Shown: one piece after another, positions 48,591 to 61,075 of the stretch
Layout: every line of letters begins with the position of its first letter
Position numbering within the stretch: position 1 is the stretch's first letter
Source: Lama glama
Taxonomy: Eukaryota
Direction: 5' to 3'
DNA: 64,000 nt
Assembly (NCBI GenBank): GCA_028534125.1
Contig: CM052832.1
Span: forward strand, 24,864,001 to 24,928,000
Position numbers and translations under genes: made by a program
The notes under the pieces: model-generated
Databases searched by the model: none
The model's input: the letters and a program-made list of their open reading frames with translations, nothing else
What the model was told of the DNA's origin: nothing

Positions 48591-49469
48591 TTTTATCATG
48601 AAGCCATATCCCTTCTTGCCATGAACCTCACATGACCCCAGAATTCAAAAACTATTTCCCTTTCCCAATAGATTCCAGCTTCCCTGGGCTACAGAATGAA
48701 AGTTTTGATGAAAAAAGTATTGCATATTAAATTATGTATGACTGATAGCTCCACTGGCCTCCCAGAGGTATTTGCATTTTTTAAGGGGGACTGTAATTTG
48801 TTTTGCCTCCTGCATTTCCTTTGCAGCTGAAATTACTTTGCAGAGTATCTTCAAAAATCAACAGCAAAACTTACAGCTGCATTTCAGAAAAGTGATACAA
48901 GTACCGAATTTGCCATTTTTTTAAGTTTGCTAGAAAAAATAAAAATTTACACTTCTCTCTGAAAACTGATATACTTTCCTCTCATCAAAGTTAGATATGA
49001 ATTCTCACTGTCCTTCCAAAACAATGTTCATCTCTTTTCTGTCCCTAAGTTCAGTACTATGACTTTAAGAAAAAATCTTTCCACATGTATCTGAAATCAT
49101 TTGCTTGGGGCTTACTAGGACAAATTAGAAAAGCAAGGTGGATAATTAAGCCAAATATTGTGTGTAGAGTTAATCCAAATTCCAGAGTAGAGTGGGGCTT
49201 TACACAAAATAATTATAATAAAATGCAGACGGAAGTAATGGAATGAACCCAGCCTCTGAGTTGACATTTGCTGAGGAAGGCACCTCAGACATGACTTTTC
49301 CCTAGAGCCCCAAGTCCACAGTAGAACAGAAAGATAAGGTGACTGGGAAGGGACTTTGAGCCAAGTCCAGTTAGAAGAGAGAGCAAGGGTCTTTCTGTCT
49401 TCTTCTATTTCTGTGGCTGAAGCTTAGTGCCGAGTGAGAAGTGGGCGGTGGCCCCAGGAGGGAGGCTGG

Positions 49470-49710
49470 AAGAGTGCAGTGGTTTCCGTGCACAGACGCT
49501 GCTTTCATGTGGCCTTGGTTCAAATCCCAGCTCTGCCACAGGTTAGCTGTGTGACCTTGAGCAAGTTACTCAACCTCTCTTTGCCTGAGGTGAAATAGTA
49601 ATAGCATCCACCTTACAAGGTGGTTGTGAGGAGACTTCATAAGCTAATATATATAAAGCACTTAGAACAAGGCCTACCACTTGATCAGTGCTATAAGAGT
49701 CTGCTTATAT
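49470..49710 (+). mobile_element. MIR SINE
   Basis: GGTTCAAATCCCAGCTCTGCCAC...AGCTGTGTGACCTTGAGCAAGTTACTCAACCTCTCT. Confidence 0.88.
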
Positions 49711-49727
49711 TAAGAAGGATAATGGTA

Positions 49728-49927
49728 ACAGGTAATAAATAAGCCATAGAGATCTAATGCACAGTGTAATGAATACTGACAGTAATATAGCACCATCATT
49801 ATGTAATGCGATAAATATTGCTACCTCGGCAATCATAAACAATATACAAGTGTGTCAGAGTAACACCTTGTACACCTTAAGCTGACACAATGTTACATGT
49901 CAGATTTATTAAATTAAAACAAACAAA
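49728..49927 (+). mobile_element. Short L1 3' end
   Basis: TTGTACACCTTAAGCTGACACAATGTT tail; 16-bp TSD AAGAAGGATAATGGTA 49712-49727 / AAGAAGGATGATGGTA 49928-49943. Confidence 0.85.
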
Positions 49928-49999
49928 AAGAAGGATGATGGTAGAAATCTCCACATCTGTGTCTTGAGCATATTGGTTAATTTTTTAAATTACTCAGCA

Positions 50000-50290
50000 G
50001 CAGAAGCTGCACAACGGGACTGCATGCAGTCTGCCAGTTTTTTCTGCTGGGTACCCAAGGTGGTGGTTGTCTGAATTAATTACCATTTTTTAAAATTCGA
50101 AACTCACATAAAAATATCTAAATTTCCAGCATTTTTGAAAAATAGAAACTTCTGGCTACACTGGGCTCACATCTGTGTGGCCACTGTCAGCTGGAGCTGA
50201 GTGGGGTCAGCTGTTAAGTGGAAGATGCGCTCCTTGATTCATCAGGGACCCCACTCAACCTGCTTCACTGTAGACAATCACATCTGCCGG
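50000..50290. mobile_element. hAT-type MITE (MER102-like)
   Basis: ATTTCCAGCATTTTTGAAAAAT...CTGGCTACACTGGGCTCACA...CAGCTGGAGCTGAGT. Confidence 0.45.
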
Positions 50291-50303
50291 ACTTATTTTA
50301 AGG

Positions 50304-50522
50304 CAGAAATCGGCAAACCATGGGCCAAATCCAGCCCACCAACTGTTTTTGTAAATAAAGTTTTATTGGAATGTATCTTCACTCATTCATTTACATATTG
50401 CCTATGGCTACTTTCCTGTTATAAGGGCAGAGTTTGAGTAGTTGGAACAGCTGCTTCATGGTTCACAAAGCCAAAAATATTTACTCTCTAGCCCTTTATG
50501 GAAAAAGTTTGCTAAATCCCAT
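50304..50522. mobile_element. hAT-Charlie MITE (MER58A-like)
   Basis: TCGGCAAAC...GTTTTTGTAAATAAAGTTTTATTGGAA...GAAAAAGTTTGC; 8-bp TSD TTTTAAGG / TTCTAAGG. Confidence 0.88.
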
Positions 50523-50657
50523 TTCTAAGGTATTATCTTTCAGTAGAGGGTTTGTTTAAAGATGGCTTATTTTTATATTTTAGAAGATATATAGTTTACT
50601 CAAAATTTGAAAATGTATTCTTTAGTGGGGGAGTGAGTTAATCAGAAAGCCACTATC

Positions 50658-51160
50658 TTTTTTAATTTCAATTTATTTATTTTTTTTAAACTTTTTTTTT
50701 TAGTTATAGTCTTTTTTTTTTAATTGAAGTATACTCAGTTTACAATGTTGTATCAATTTTTGGTGTACAGCATAATAGTTCAGCCATACATATACATACA
50801 TATATTCATTTTCATTATAGATTACTACAAGATTTTGAATATAGTTCCCTGTTCTATACAGTATAAACTTGTTGTTTATCTATTTTATATATAGTAGTTA
50901 GTTTCTGCAAATCTCAAACTCCCAATTTATCCCTTCCCACCCCCTCCCCTACCCCCTACCCTGGTAACAATGTTTGTTTTCTATGTCTGTGAGTCTATTT
51001 CTGTTTTGTAAATAAGTTCATTTGTCTTTTTTTTTGGATTCCACATGTAAGTGATATCATATGGTATTTTTCTTTCTCTTTCTGGCCTACTTCACTTAGA
51101 ATGACGATCTCCAGGTCCATCCATGTTTCGGTAGATGGCATTATTTTATTATTTTTTATG
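50658..51160 (-). mobile_element. 5'-truncated L1 3'UTR
   Basis: TTAATTGAAGTATA...GATTCCACATGTAAGTGATATCATATGG; TSD GAAAGCCACTATC 50645-50657 / GAGAGCCATTATC 51161-51173. Confidence 0.9.
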
Positions 51161-51870
51161 GAGAGCCATTATCCTGAATCACAGAAAAACTGAAATACTT
51201 GGGAGCTTGATCCAAGTGACTTTTGTTCCTTATCTCCCCCTGGTGGCACTGTACCTCAATTGCAGGAACAATTCTTCACAAGATAAAGAGGCAGAATAGC
51301 CTTTGTGACACCATATTTAACCACATATACTTAAATTTTGTTACCAATTATAGAAATATTTCCCTCGAGCATCAAATGAAATGGCCATTTCCTCTTGCTT
51401 CACCTGAATAACTTGAATCTCAAGCAGACCCCAAATACTGAATTCCTGTCTTGTTACAGTTTTATTTTTTTTAAGAAACAAAATGGGTCTCACTAATGAT
51501 TTCTAAAGTCTTCCAGCTCTGACATTCTATGAGTCTATGATCCAGAAAAAGGAGCTACCACTGTTGGGTGTTCGTCATTTTCCAGCTAAGGTGCCATGCA
51601 CCTAGTACACATTAGCTCATTTGATCTCCACAAATTCCTCACCAGGAAAATGGAAATAATCATCACATCTCCCTCATAAGTGAGGGCTAAATGAAGTAAC
51701 AGGTAAAGCCCTTAGGGGTACAGCCTGGAGGTAGGAAGTGCTCAGTAAAGTCCAGCTATTATTATTTTTACTTTATCCCCAACTACTCAGAACTCACTAT
51801 ATGGTCTCCCTGTGGTCTATTCTTTCTTCAGAGTTCTAGCTCCAAAAATTTCTTGACTCCATCCCATCTT

Positions 51871-52035
51871 TTTATTTATTATTTTAATCTTCTAAAATTT
51901 TCTTTTTCTTTTCTTGTGGGAGGGAGGTAATTAGGTTTATTCATTTATTTTTACATTTTATTATTATTTTTTTAACGGAGGTACTGGGGGTGCATGCTAA
52001 GCACATTCTCTGCAACTGAGCTACACCCTCCCCTT
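51871..52035 (-). mobile_element. tRNA-derived camelid-type SINE
   Basis: GGAGGTACTGGGG...GCATGCTAAGC...ACTGAGCTACACCCTCCCC; GGAGGTAATTAGGTTTATT tail; TSD TCCATCCCATCTT 51858-51870 / TCCAACCCATCTT 52036-52048. Confidence 0.85.
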
Positions 52036-52599
52036 TCCAACCCATCTTAAGTGTCTCCTCTTTCCTCATGGCTTTTCTGAGTGATTAAAATAACCTGAAT
52101 TTTAGCTCTCAACCACTGTTAGTATGTATTCATGATGTGTATATTTATACAAGCAGTTTTTGAAGGGAAGTATTCCCGCAGAGCATTCAGCATTCTGAAT
52201 TCAGTAGTGGGTTCAGAAGCCAACTGTGCTGTGTATTCCCCAAAACCCATTTTCTGAGCCAACTGTTCAGGCTCTTTCATCATAACCTGTATTTGTCCAT
52301 CTTGAACTAAATTGCCACATGATGTGATAATTAAAACTTCACATCTGCAGCTTTCTGCAGTATACATAAGCCAAACTTATTTGTGTATAATTAAACCAAT
52401 CATAGGCATATTAGGAACACATGTTTACCAATTGGACCTGTAAAATGATAAGCCAAGTCACTAGTGTTTGTCTTATTCTTGACAGGAGGGGAGCTATTTC
52501 ACAAACTCATGGATAATTTTTAAGTGGCCCAAATAAGTTCCCAGAAGTTCTCCTCAGTCTCTCATATGCTCTTTGCTTTAGGGTGATCACTTACGCTTT

Positions 52600-52771
52600 T
52601 GGTTTCTGACTTTGCATATACATTGAAATCACCTGGAGAACTTTGCAAATACTGATGCCTTGGTTACAACCTCCCCAGTTTCTGATTTAATAGATTTGGG
52701 CGCAACCTGGGTGTCAAAGTTTTTAAAGCTCCTCCAGTGATTCTAATTGCAACAAAATTTGAGAACCACTG
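52600..52771. mobile_element. MER5A-like hAT MITE
   Basis: AATCACCTGGAGAACTT...TCTGATTTAAT...TTTTAAAGCTCC...GTGATTCTAAT...TTGAGAACCACTG. Confidence 0.8.
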
Positions 52772-53589
52772 ATCTATACCATTATCAAACAAACACTGTT
52801 GTTGAATTGGTTATAGCTTCATTCTTTCACATACGTAGTACAACTTGACCCCTAAAGATTTACAAAATACCTTAAGATTTTCAACAATCGTAGGCTGTAT
52901 ACCAAGTCATGTACAAGGAGCTATGCATTTCCAGGACATTCTGTGTTCTGTAATATTTTGGAGTGTTGCATAATTATACCACTCCGTACTGGGTAGAGAA
53001 ATATTTCACTAGACATTAATAGGGGTTATAGGAAAGAGAGAGGTTCAGAACCATAGAAATAAATAAAATTAAACAGTTCTTTACTGTGGCATTTCCCAGA
53101 AACTTTAATATACTAATGTGCATATAAATCTTCAAGAGCATTTCCCAAGCTCATTTGATCACAGAATCCTCCCATCACCCCCTCCACCATTCCAGGGCCT
53201 CAAGACATCTTCCCAAGCATTCTGATGAACACTTTGACAAACACCGGTTCAAAGGGCTTGTGTTCTGGCAACAGGCAAAGAAGGGGGCTGCTGAAGGAAG
53301 CACAGGACGCAGAGCTGGTGCCTACAGGGACCTAACTCTGCACTGGAAACAAGGGCCCCTGCTCCTGGGAAGCTGACCTTAGAAGTCCATGGATCCTTTT
53401 CACTCTTGCCTAATGAGGCTGGCCGCAAGGCCCTTGGTTGCTCAGCTCTGCCTGTAACTGGGTGAGTCTCCAACCCCTTGGGTCATAAAGAGGTTCCCAC
53501 ATGTGAGAACTCTAAGTTAGTGGCACTCTGCACGGAGAGTGAAGTTCAATGCCAATGTCTGGTGGTCTTCGTCCACCAGGGCAGAGAGG

Positions 53590-53830
53590 AAAGCAGAGGG
53601 AAATTAGAGTTACAGTCCTGCATAAACCTAGCTTTCTGCTCTTCTGACCTCTACCATCTACCAAGTTCTGGCAGCATAAGCCTGGGCCAACGTTCTTATC
53701 TATAAAATGGGGATATGTAACGCCTGAGTGTTCTTGTGGAGATGAAACCTGACCATGTAAGTGGAAGAGCTGTATGAACCACAATGACCTATGCAAATGA
53801 TGGAAATTACTTTTATTATCACGTTCATTA
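53590..53830 (+). mobile_element. MIR SINE
   Basis: CTTATCTATAAAATGGGGATA...TTGTGGAGATGAAA. Confidence 0.55.
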
Positions 53831-55149
53831 TCAGCAATAGGATCTCTCACTAAGTCTCTCTGAATAATAACCCAAGGGAAACTTGATTGGAGAATCTATA
53901 ATCATGCAGAAATTTTTCATTGGTTTTTCATAAATGTTGCAAAGCGGGAGAGAGAGAACTCCTAAGTCTTTAAAAGTATTCTGTTTCACTTGTTCTCCTC
54001 TGAGACTTTGAAAGTGAGCTGAAAGTTCACATCATTCCGCTGCTTAATAGTCGGCTGTCTCCTACCATCCTTTCAAATGCATCTTATTGGCAGATTGTTC
54101 CTTTGGGAGAGCAGCTGAATGATTAATTGAGTGGAAAACGCCCCTGTCTTTCTACAGGTTGGCGCTGGTTTAGTAAGGCTGAATTGAAGCAGCATGCAAG
54201 GAGTGAACAGACTAGGAATGGTTCATCTCCCTTCAGGTTTTTCTCATCGTCCCGGTTCTATTTTTGCACTATGACTGTAACCATAGCTGAGGGGCAGTTT
54301 CCACCCACTTTAACCAGACCTCGAGGGCCCTAGTCACACTGAAGCTGGAGTCCAGCTACACTTTAAGTGGTGGTCCTTTTCACTGATGACCCTTCTCGAT
54401 CATCCCGTTCCACATGCCGATTTGCCAGTCCACGCACTTTACTAATTCTCTAACTGGCACAGTAAGCTCTCTGTTCTTCCTTTTATTGTGCAGTCTTGTC
54501 CTGGACGTGTTTGTTTTGTTTCCTACCAAGCGCTTCCCTCCCTTCCCCTCCACCCATCCTGTGTGGACAACCTCCCTTTCTTCCTCTTTCAGGCCACTTG
54601 ATGCCAGGCCCTGGACATCCTTTTTCTCTGATGAGCTACCCCCACAGAGACAACTCTTGGAGCTCTTCTTTCTGCTGAGACCATCCCACATGGTGTTTGG
54701 CTTAATGTGTCCCAGCTTGCTTGGAGGGACAGAGATACACACATACTTTGAATTGCTCAACGCCTAATACACAAAAGAGTTAACATCTTTTTGCTTGATG
54801 AATACAACCGTGCTGAGTACCCCTGACTTTCACACTCATAGTAGTAACCAAAATAGCAATAAACTGCTAGGCAAGCACACGTGCTGGGGTTTCATAGCTG
54901 TCGTCTCATTAGTCCTCCCTCCACTTCATCTCTGTGGAGCCTTGCTAAGCGGAAGTAGGTGGCTGAGCAATCCTCTCATTCTGAGTCAACAGGAAGCACT
55001 TTTCACTTTTTAGTGAAGTGCCCGGAGCCATCTGGAGCCTTGAAGTAAAGAGAAACTCATTGCTTTGAGGCTTTAAGGTAATTTTTCCAACCCATGAACT
55101 CTGTTAATGTAAACGGATCTATTGTAAGATGTCAACAGCAACATAAGAG

Positions 55150-55500
55150 CTTGTGAAATTCTATAAAGTAGGCATGAATGTGCGCGGGCAGGGGAGAGTG
55201 TCTGCAGACAGGAGGGACACAGAGAGGCCTGAGCAGAGGAGAGGGGAGTGGGACCTGGCTGAGGAAGGCAGACTAGCCTAGCACGGCTGAAGCACGGAGG
55301 ATGATGACGGCCCTGAGCAAGGGCCCAAACACTAAGGACCTGGTGAGCCAGTCAAGGAAACAGAACTTTATCCCAAGGACAATGAGGAGTCATGGAAGAC
55401 TTCAGTACAGCTGAGTTACAGGATCAGATTCACGTTTGAGAAATAGCAGGGTGGTTAGTGAATTGAAGGGGGTAAGACTGGAAGCAAGAAAATCACTTGA
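55150..55500 (-). mobile_element. L2 fragment
   Basis: ACTTTATCCCAAGGACAATGAGGAGTCATGGAAG...GATCAGATTCACGTTT...AGACTGGAAGCAAG. Confidence 0.7.
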
Positions 55501-55504
55501 GACA

Positions 55505-56005
55505 CACTTCTTTACTTACACATTTTGCAAAGATCAGAAAGTTTGAAAATGTACAACCCTGGTAAGAGTGCAGAGAGGCAGGGAATTTAAATCAACATGT
55601 TCTCCTTAGAGGGCAATTTGTCAATATCTATCAAAATAAAAAATTCATATACCTTTGATCTAACAGTCCCACTGCTAGGAATACATCTGGCAAGTAAACT
55701 TGCACACCTGATGAGAGACATACGTATGAAATGTTCACTGCAGTACCCATAGTATAAAGATTTAAAAATGAGTTAGCTGGTTCTGTGTAGGCGTGAGAAG
55801 AACTCTTAGATACGTTGTCAAGTGAATAAAGTAAGATCCCGCATACTGGGCGTGGCATTCTCCCATGAGTGTAAAAACAGCACATACGTGCCCACCTACA
55901 CATGTGCAATTTTGTCAAGGCCTAGAGACATATTTGCAGGATATAGTTCTTGCCTCTGATGAGAAAACCTGAAGTGGAGAAAGCTTACTTTTCATTAAAT
56001 ATACT
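55505..56005 (+). mobile_element. Ancient L1 (L1ME-type) 3' fragment
   Basis: GAGGGCAATTTGTCAATATCTATCAAAAT...CCTTTGATCTAACAGTCCCACTGCTAGGAAT. Confidence 0.7.
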
Positions 56006-56007
56006 TT

Positions 56008-56565
56008 CTATTTTATTTTAGTGTGGTAAGAACAATTAACATGAGATCTACCCTGTTAACAAATATTTAAGTGTACAATACAGTACTGTTAACTATGGGT
56101 ACAATGTTGTACAGCAGATCTTTATTTTTTATTGAAGTATAGTTGATGTACAATATCGTATGTTACAGGTGTGCAATATAGTAATTCACCATTTTTAAAG
56201 GTTATACTCCACTTACAGTTATTATAAAATATTGGCTGTATTCCCCATGTTGTACAATCTATCCTTGTAGCTTAGTTTATACACAGTAGTTTTTACCTCA
56301 TAATCTGCTATGCCTATATTGTCCCTCCCCCTTTTCCTCTCCCCACTGGTAACCACTAGTCTGTTCTCTCTATCTGTGAGTCTGTTTCTTTTTTGTTATG
56401 TTGACTAGCTTGCTGTATTTTTCAGATTCCACATATAAGAGAGATCATACAGTATTTGTCTTTCTCTGTCTGACTTATTTCACTTAGCATAATGCCCTCC
56501 AAGTCCATCCATGTTGCTGCAAATGGCAAAATTCCAATCTTTTTTATGGCTGAGTAGCATTCCAT

Positions 56566-56596
<31 letters not shown>

Positions 56597-56985
56597 CTAC
56601 CACATTGTCTTTATCCATTCATCTGTTGATGGACACTTAGGTTGCTTCCATACCTTGACAGTTGTAAATAATGCTGCTGTGGATATTGGGGTGCATGTAT
56701 CTTTTCAAATTAGTGTTTTTATTTTTTTTGGATATATACCCAAGAGTGGAATTATTGGGTCATATGGTAGCTCTGTTTTTCGTTTTTTTGAGAAACCTCC
56801 GTACTGTTTTCCATAGTGGCTGCACTAGTTTACATTCCTACCAACAGCGTTAAGAGGGTTCCCTTTTCTCCACATCCTCACCAATATTTGTTATCTGTGT
56901 TCTTTTTGATGAGGGCCATTCTGACCAGCAGATCTTTAAAGCTTAACTTGCTTAACTATAACTTTGTGCCCACTGATTAGTGTTT
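56008..56985 (-). mobile_element. L1MA-type 3' end hosting a younger L1
   Basis: GTGGTAAGAAC...AACATGAGATCTACCC...TTAAGTGTACAATACAGTA...GTACAGCAGATCT. Confidence 0.8.
56125..56925 (-). mobile_element. 5'-truncated L1 (3'UTR + ORF2 end) with internal (GT)n at ~56567-56589
   Basis: TTATTGAAGTATAGTTGA tail; exact 13-bp TSD CAGCAGATCTTTA 56112-56124 / 56926-56938. Confidence 0.93.
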
Positions 56986-57692
56986 AATTAAAACATAATG
57001 CTTGTGATGAAAAGATTGCATCCTCTGTAAAAGTATATAGGCATCACACGTGGATGTATTATATTTTATTTAAGCATTATGGGGATTTTGTGCATGTGTG
57101 TTCAAGGTGAATTTTCTAGTACTTGGCAAAAGATGACATAAGCTGTCATTCCTCAGCCAAGGCCCAATCCTTTCCACTCCCAGAGGTACAGTAAGAGGAC
57201 ATTTCCAAGGTGGCCTACATGCTTCACTGTTTCCTGTGGAGAGAAGAGGAGAGAGCAAACTGGCCTATGGCCCCTAGGAGGGCCCTCTGGAGGCCTGATC
57301 CATGGGCGCTGCCTGGCCTGTTTTGGAAACTCAGAGTAATAAGGAATCTAATTATAAACCTTGTACTGTTCATCCTTCCATTCCAAAAAATTCTTGGGTC
57401 CAGCTTTCACCCCTGGTCAGACTGTCTCCTGCTCATCTAAACCTTGCTCCAGGCAGCTGCCGTTGCCCTCTGCCCCAGGTGGGCCGTGGGAGGGCTGGAA
57501 GTCAGGCCTTGGGAAGGCGGCCTGGAGAGGGCTTCCTGTGAGCCAGAGGCCATCCAGCCCACTTTTCCCACCTGCGCCGGGCCCACCCTCCCCTCCCCTC
57601 TCTGCAGCCTCAGCAGAGGAGGCAGCATGTCTTCATTACTGGCCAATGACGCTCAGAGGGAGGAACCAGGCCTGGAGAAAAGGATTCTCTCC

Positions 57693-57694
<2 letters not shown>

Positions 57695-57743
<49 letters not shown>

Positions 57744-57766
57744 TGCACACACACACATACACACGC
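57695..57766. repeat. (AC)23 microsatellite with degenerate extension
   Basis: Perfect AC run 57695-57740, then GTGTGCACAC... Confidence 0.97.
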
Positions 57767-58399
57767 AGTATGCATCAGAGAACCTTTGCACTAGACTCAG
57801 AGGCAGGGGCATTACCCCCAAGGATTCCCGAGAGCTTTCCCGGCAGGCAGACTCAGGCTCATGCTGGGGAAGAAGTGTTCCTGAAGGTTAGGCAGGGGTT
57901 GGAATCCAGCCCATCCACTTAGGTCCCTGTTCCCAACTCCTTCGACCTATTTAGAAAGAGCTCTTCATTCGTAATTTGATGTTTACTTCAAAATACTCCA
58001 GGGAACTTCTGCTGCGTCTCCCAGCCTCCAAGATCCTGAATAATTGATTTTAGAAGTAGCTCACGGCATTCTGGCTCTGTGAAGGGAACAGAGGTTGTCA
58101 TGTAGAAAGGCAGATTAAATAGGCAGAAGGACCGGTGGACAATCTTTTTTATGTTCTAAAGACCTCAAGCCAGTGCATGTGTACGTGTAATAGCTAATGA
58201 TGAGCCGGCAAACTCGGCGCCGCATCCAATGAGACCCAGCTCGGGATCAGCATGGGCGAGTGGTCAGATCACAGAGCGCCACGTCCCCTCAGCTGGTTCC
58301 TCTCTGACCATTCCTTGTATTTTTAGCAGTGTTTCTTCATTTTGAGAAGTAAACAGCCTCTTCTTAAAGGAAACAAAGTGTCTTAAAAACTTCATTTTA

Positions 58400-58612
58400 T
58401 GAAAAAAGTGATTTAAAACATACTATCCTCTCACCCAAAAAAGGTAACTAAGTGAGGTGAATATACAGTAAGATATCTTAATTGTGGGCAATTGCATCAC
58501 AATGTATCCAGCATCAAAGCACCACAGGGCCTGTGCTAAATATGTGCAGTTATTATTTATCAATCAGACCTCAGTAAAGGTGGAAAAAATAAATAAAAAT
58601 AAAAACATAATC
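58400..58612 (+). mobile_element. Old L1 3' end fragment
   Basis: CTCACCCAAAAAAGGTAACTAAGTGAGGTGA...ACAATGTAT...CATCA...CCTCAGTAAAG...A-rich tail. Confidence 0.7.
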
Positions 58613-59078
58613 TCTTTCTATAATAATTGCATTTAATTGTAACAACCATGGCAAAATAGAAGTTTTGATTTTATACCTCGAAAATCGATACTTTTTTGGA
58701 GCTTGTCTTGTGAATGCAACCACAGGATAAAGAATTCTCAGAGAAACTTCAGACTCCAGTTTGAGACACATCAGTGTAAGCTATTCTTCCTAAGAGACCT
58801 CTGGGAAACGTTATATACAGCCTGGGAACTGCACCAGTAATCTGTCAGCCCACCTGCCTTCCTGCTTTACTGAGCATTCGCTCCTAGGTAGTCACTTCAT
58901 TATTACTTAATCATCGCAGAAGCCAAGGCCATGGGGAGGGGGGACATGAGGCTGACAAGTTTGGGTGACTAGAGGGCAAAGGCAGGAAAAACTACCACTT
59001 GGGATGCTGCCAGAGTGGTAGATGACGATGGGGGACCCTGGCCTCTGCTATGGTTATTTCAGGTCCTGGGAAGGGAGG

Positions 59079-59552
59079 AATATTCATTTTCAAGGGCTGC
59101 TGTAATGAAGCATCAAAAAATAGGTGGCCTAACACAGCAGAAATTTATTGTCTCAGTTCTGGAGACTCAAAGTCCAAAAGCAATGTGCCAGCAGGGCCGC
59201 GGTCTCTCTGATGTCTCTAGGGCAGGGTCCTTCCCAGCTTCTTCTGTCTGCTAGTGTTTGCAGGCGGTCCTTGGCGTTCCTTGTTTGAAGCCTCATCACC
59301 TCAGTGACACGTCCGTCTTCTCCCTATGTGTTTTCATGTCATCTTCCCTCTGTGCGAGTCTGTCTCTGTGTCCAGATTTCCCCTTTTTATAAGGACACTA
59401 GTCATTCTGGATTAAGGCCCACCCCCAATGACTTCACCTGAACTTGATTACCTCCATAAAGACCCTGTCTCCAAATAAGGTCACATTCTGAGGTTCTAGG
59501 GGTGACGACCTCACCATGTCTTCTTTCAGAGGACACAGTTCCATTCATAGCC
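59079..59552 (-). mobile_element. MaLR solo LTR (MLT1A/B/C-type)
   Basis: AGAAATTTATTGTCTCAGTTCTGGAG...TTATAAGGACACTAGTCAT...CCAAATAAGGTCACATTCTGAGGT. Confidence 0.88.
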
Positions 59553-60739
59553 AGAGGGGCTCGGCAGAGCTCTGGGTGGGTGAGGAGAAGGGACAGCCCC
59601 AAACAGAAGAGGGACTGGGGAGGTTATCAGCTCTAACTTGAATCCACTTCACAGTGGTTGGTGCACAGAGGGGCCTGGGTCCCTTCTGTCAGGAGAGAAA
59701 ACAAAAACACAACTTTCTGTGCAGCACAGAGCACCACCAGGCCCCAGCCTCTGCTCCTAGACTGCTACGCAGGTGTGGCTCCAGCATGTGGGACAGACAG
59801 TTTAAAGCACAAAGCAAGACAAATTTTTTTTTCCTGTTGTTAAGAGAACTGTCTGGAAAGAGCTACCCTCCATGTGATAAAGTCACAGAGGTGAAAACGC
59901 TCAGCAGGGCTGGCTGGCCATCAGTACATCTGCTGGTGCTCAGCAGGGGCCCCGGGCGGGTGATGGTTAAAGTAGTCCAGCAGCAATAATGAAGTTTCCA
60001 CAGCGGTTATTTGATAAATTGGTGATTACGACAAGGTGAGGAGAAAGACGGGGTGGGGGCAGGGTGAGACTGAGAAAAAGGACATTTCGGTTAACGTAAA
60101 AAGAGGAAGTTGTGGGCTTGCCAGTCTGAGCACTCGTGATTTAAGGCAGGAGACTGTTTTGATTTAAGCTGGACTCCAACTCTTGGGGCGTGGGAAGACC
60201 TGCCCTTATAATCCCATAAATTTGAAAGTGATTACAGACATTCTTGGTACAGATGGCTTAAAAGCATAGCCTCTGCTTTCAAGGGGCCTGTGATGCTTTA
60301 AAGGACATTGTATGGGTCGAAAACTGACAAGTGACTTTTAGGACACATTCATCTTTTACTGATAGTCCAGCTAGATATGTGGTTGTGATAGGATGTTAAA
60401 AACCATCATTTGACCATATGTTCTTCCCTTGTAAATGGTTGTCCCATTGTGGGTGGGGGGGTGTGCTTTGGCTAAACCATACAAGTGCCACACCCAATTC
60501 CTTTGCTAAAGGGCTGATGGTTTCTGGTTTGCTCATATAAGTGGCAGTAAAACCAGCTGACCCTTCAGAGTTCAAAAGAGCCATCCTTCAATCTGTAGGG
60601 TATTTTAGGGGGAAAAGCCTAATTCTAGCGTTCAGTTACTCTAAATGTTGGGCACCACTAATAAAGAAATAAAGAAAGCACATATAATGCATCTCTTAAG
60701 GACCAGTTCCAATAATCATCATGCTGAAAGGGGATCCAC

Positions 60740-61075
60740 TGAGTCACTGAGTTTAAGCTCTGTTCAAGGAACAGTGCTAAGTACCAGGGATACAGGAGGT
60801 ATAACCCAAGCCCCACCCTCAAGGGAACTGCAATTTATGTATCCATTTGTCCCTTCACCCAGCCATTTAAGCAGCAAATGTTTGAAGGTCTAGCATATGC
60901 CAGACCTGTCCCATTCACCAGGGAGATAGAAGTTACAAGGAAAAATCGCCCCTCCATCCAGGAGGGTCAGAGTCTATTGGGAAGAGGAATGGGTAACAAG
61001 TACGCTGCACCACATACATTGCAGGTACCAGGGCTAGGGGGCATCACAGAGGAAGGAAGCAGCACGGGTAGGAAG
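60740..61075 (-). mobile_element. Two L2 3' fragments
   Basis: GTGCTAAGTACCAGGGATACAG...CCCTCAAGGGAAC; CATTTAAGCAGCAAATGTTTG...ATGCCAGAC. Confidence 0.6.

Noticed and set aside
51975..52035. tRNA gene
   Set aside because: This is the tRNA-derived SINE head, with an A-rich tail, a TSD and no B-box.
57361..57891. 176-aa ORF with an HT repeat
   Set aside because: Stays open because of GC-richness and the (AC)n microsatellite.
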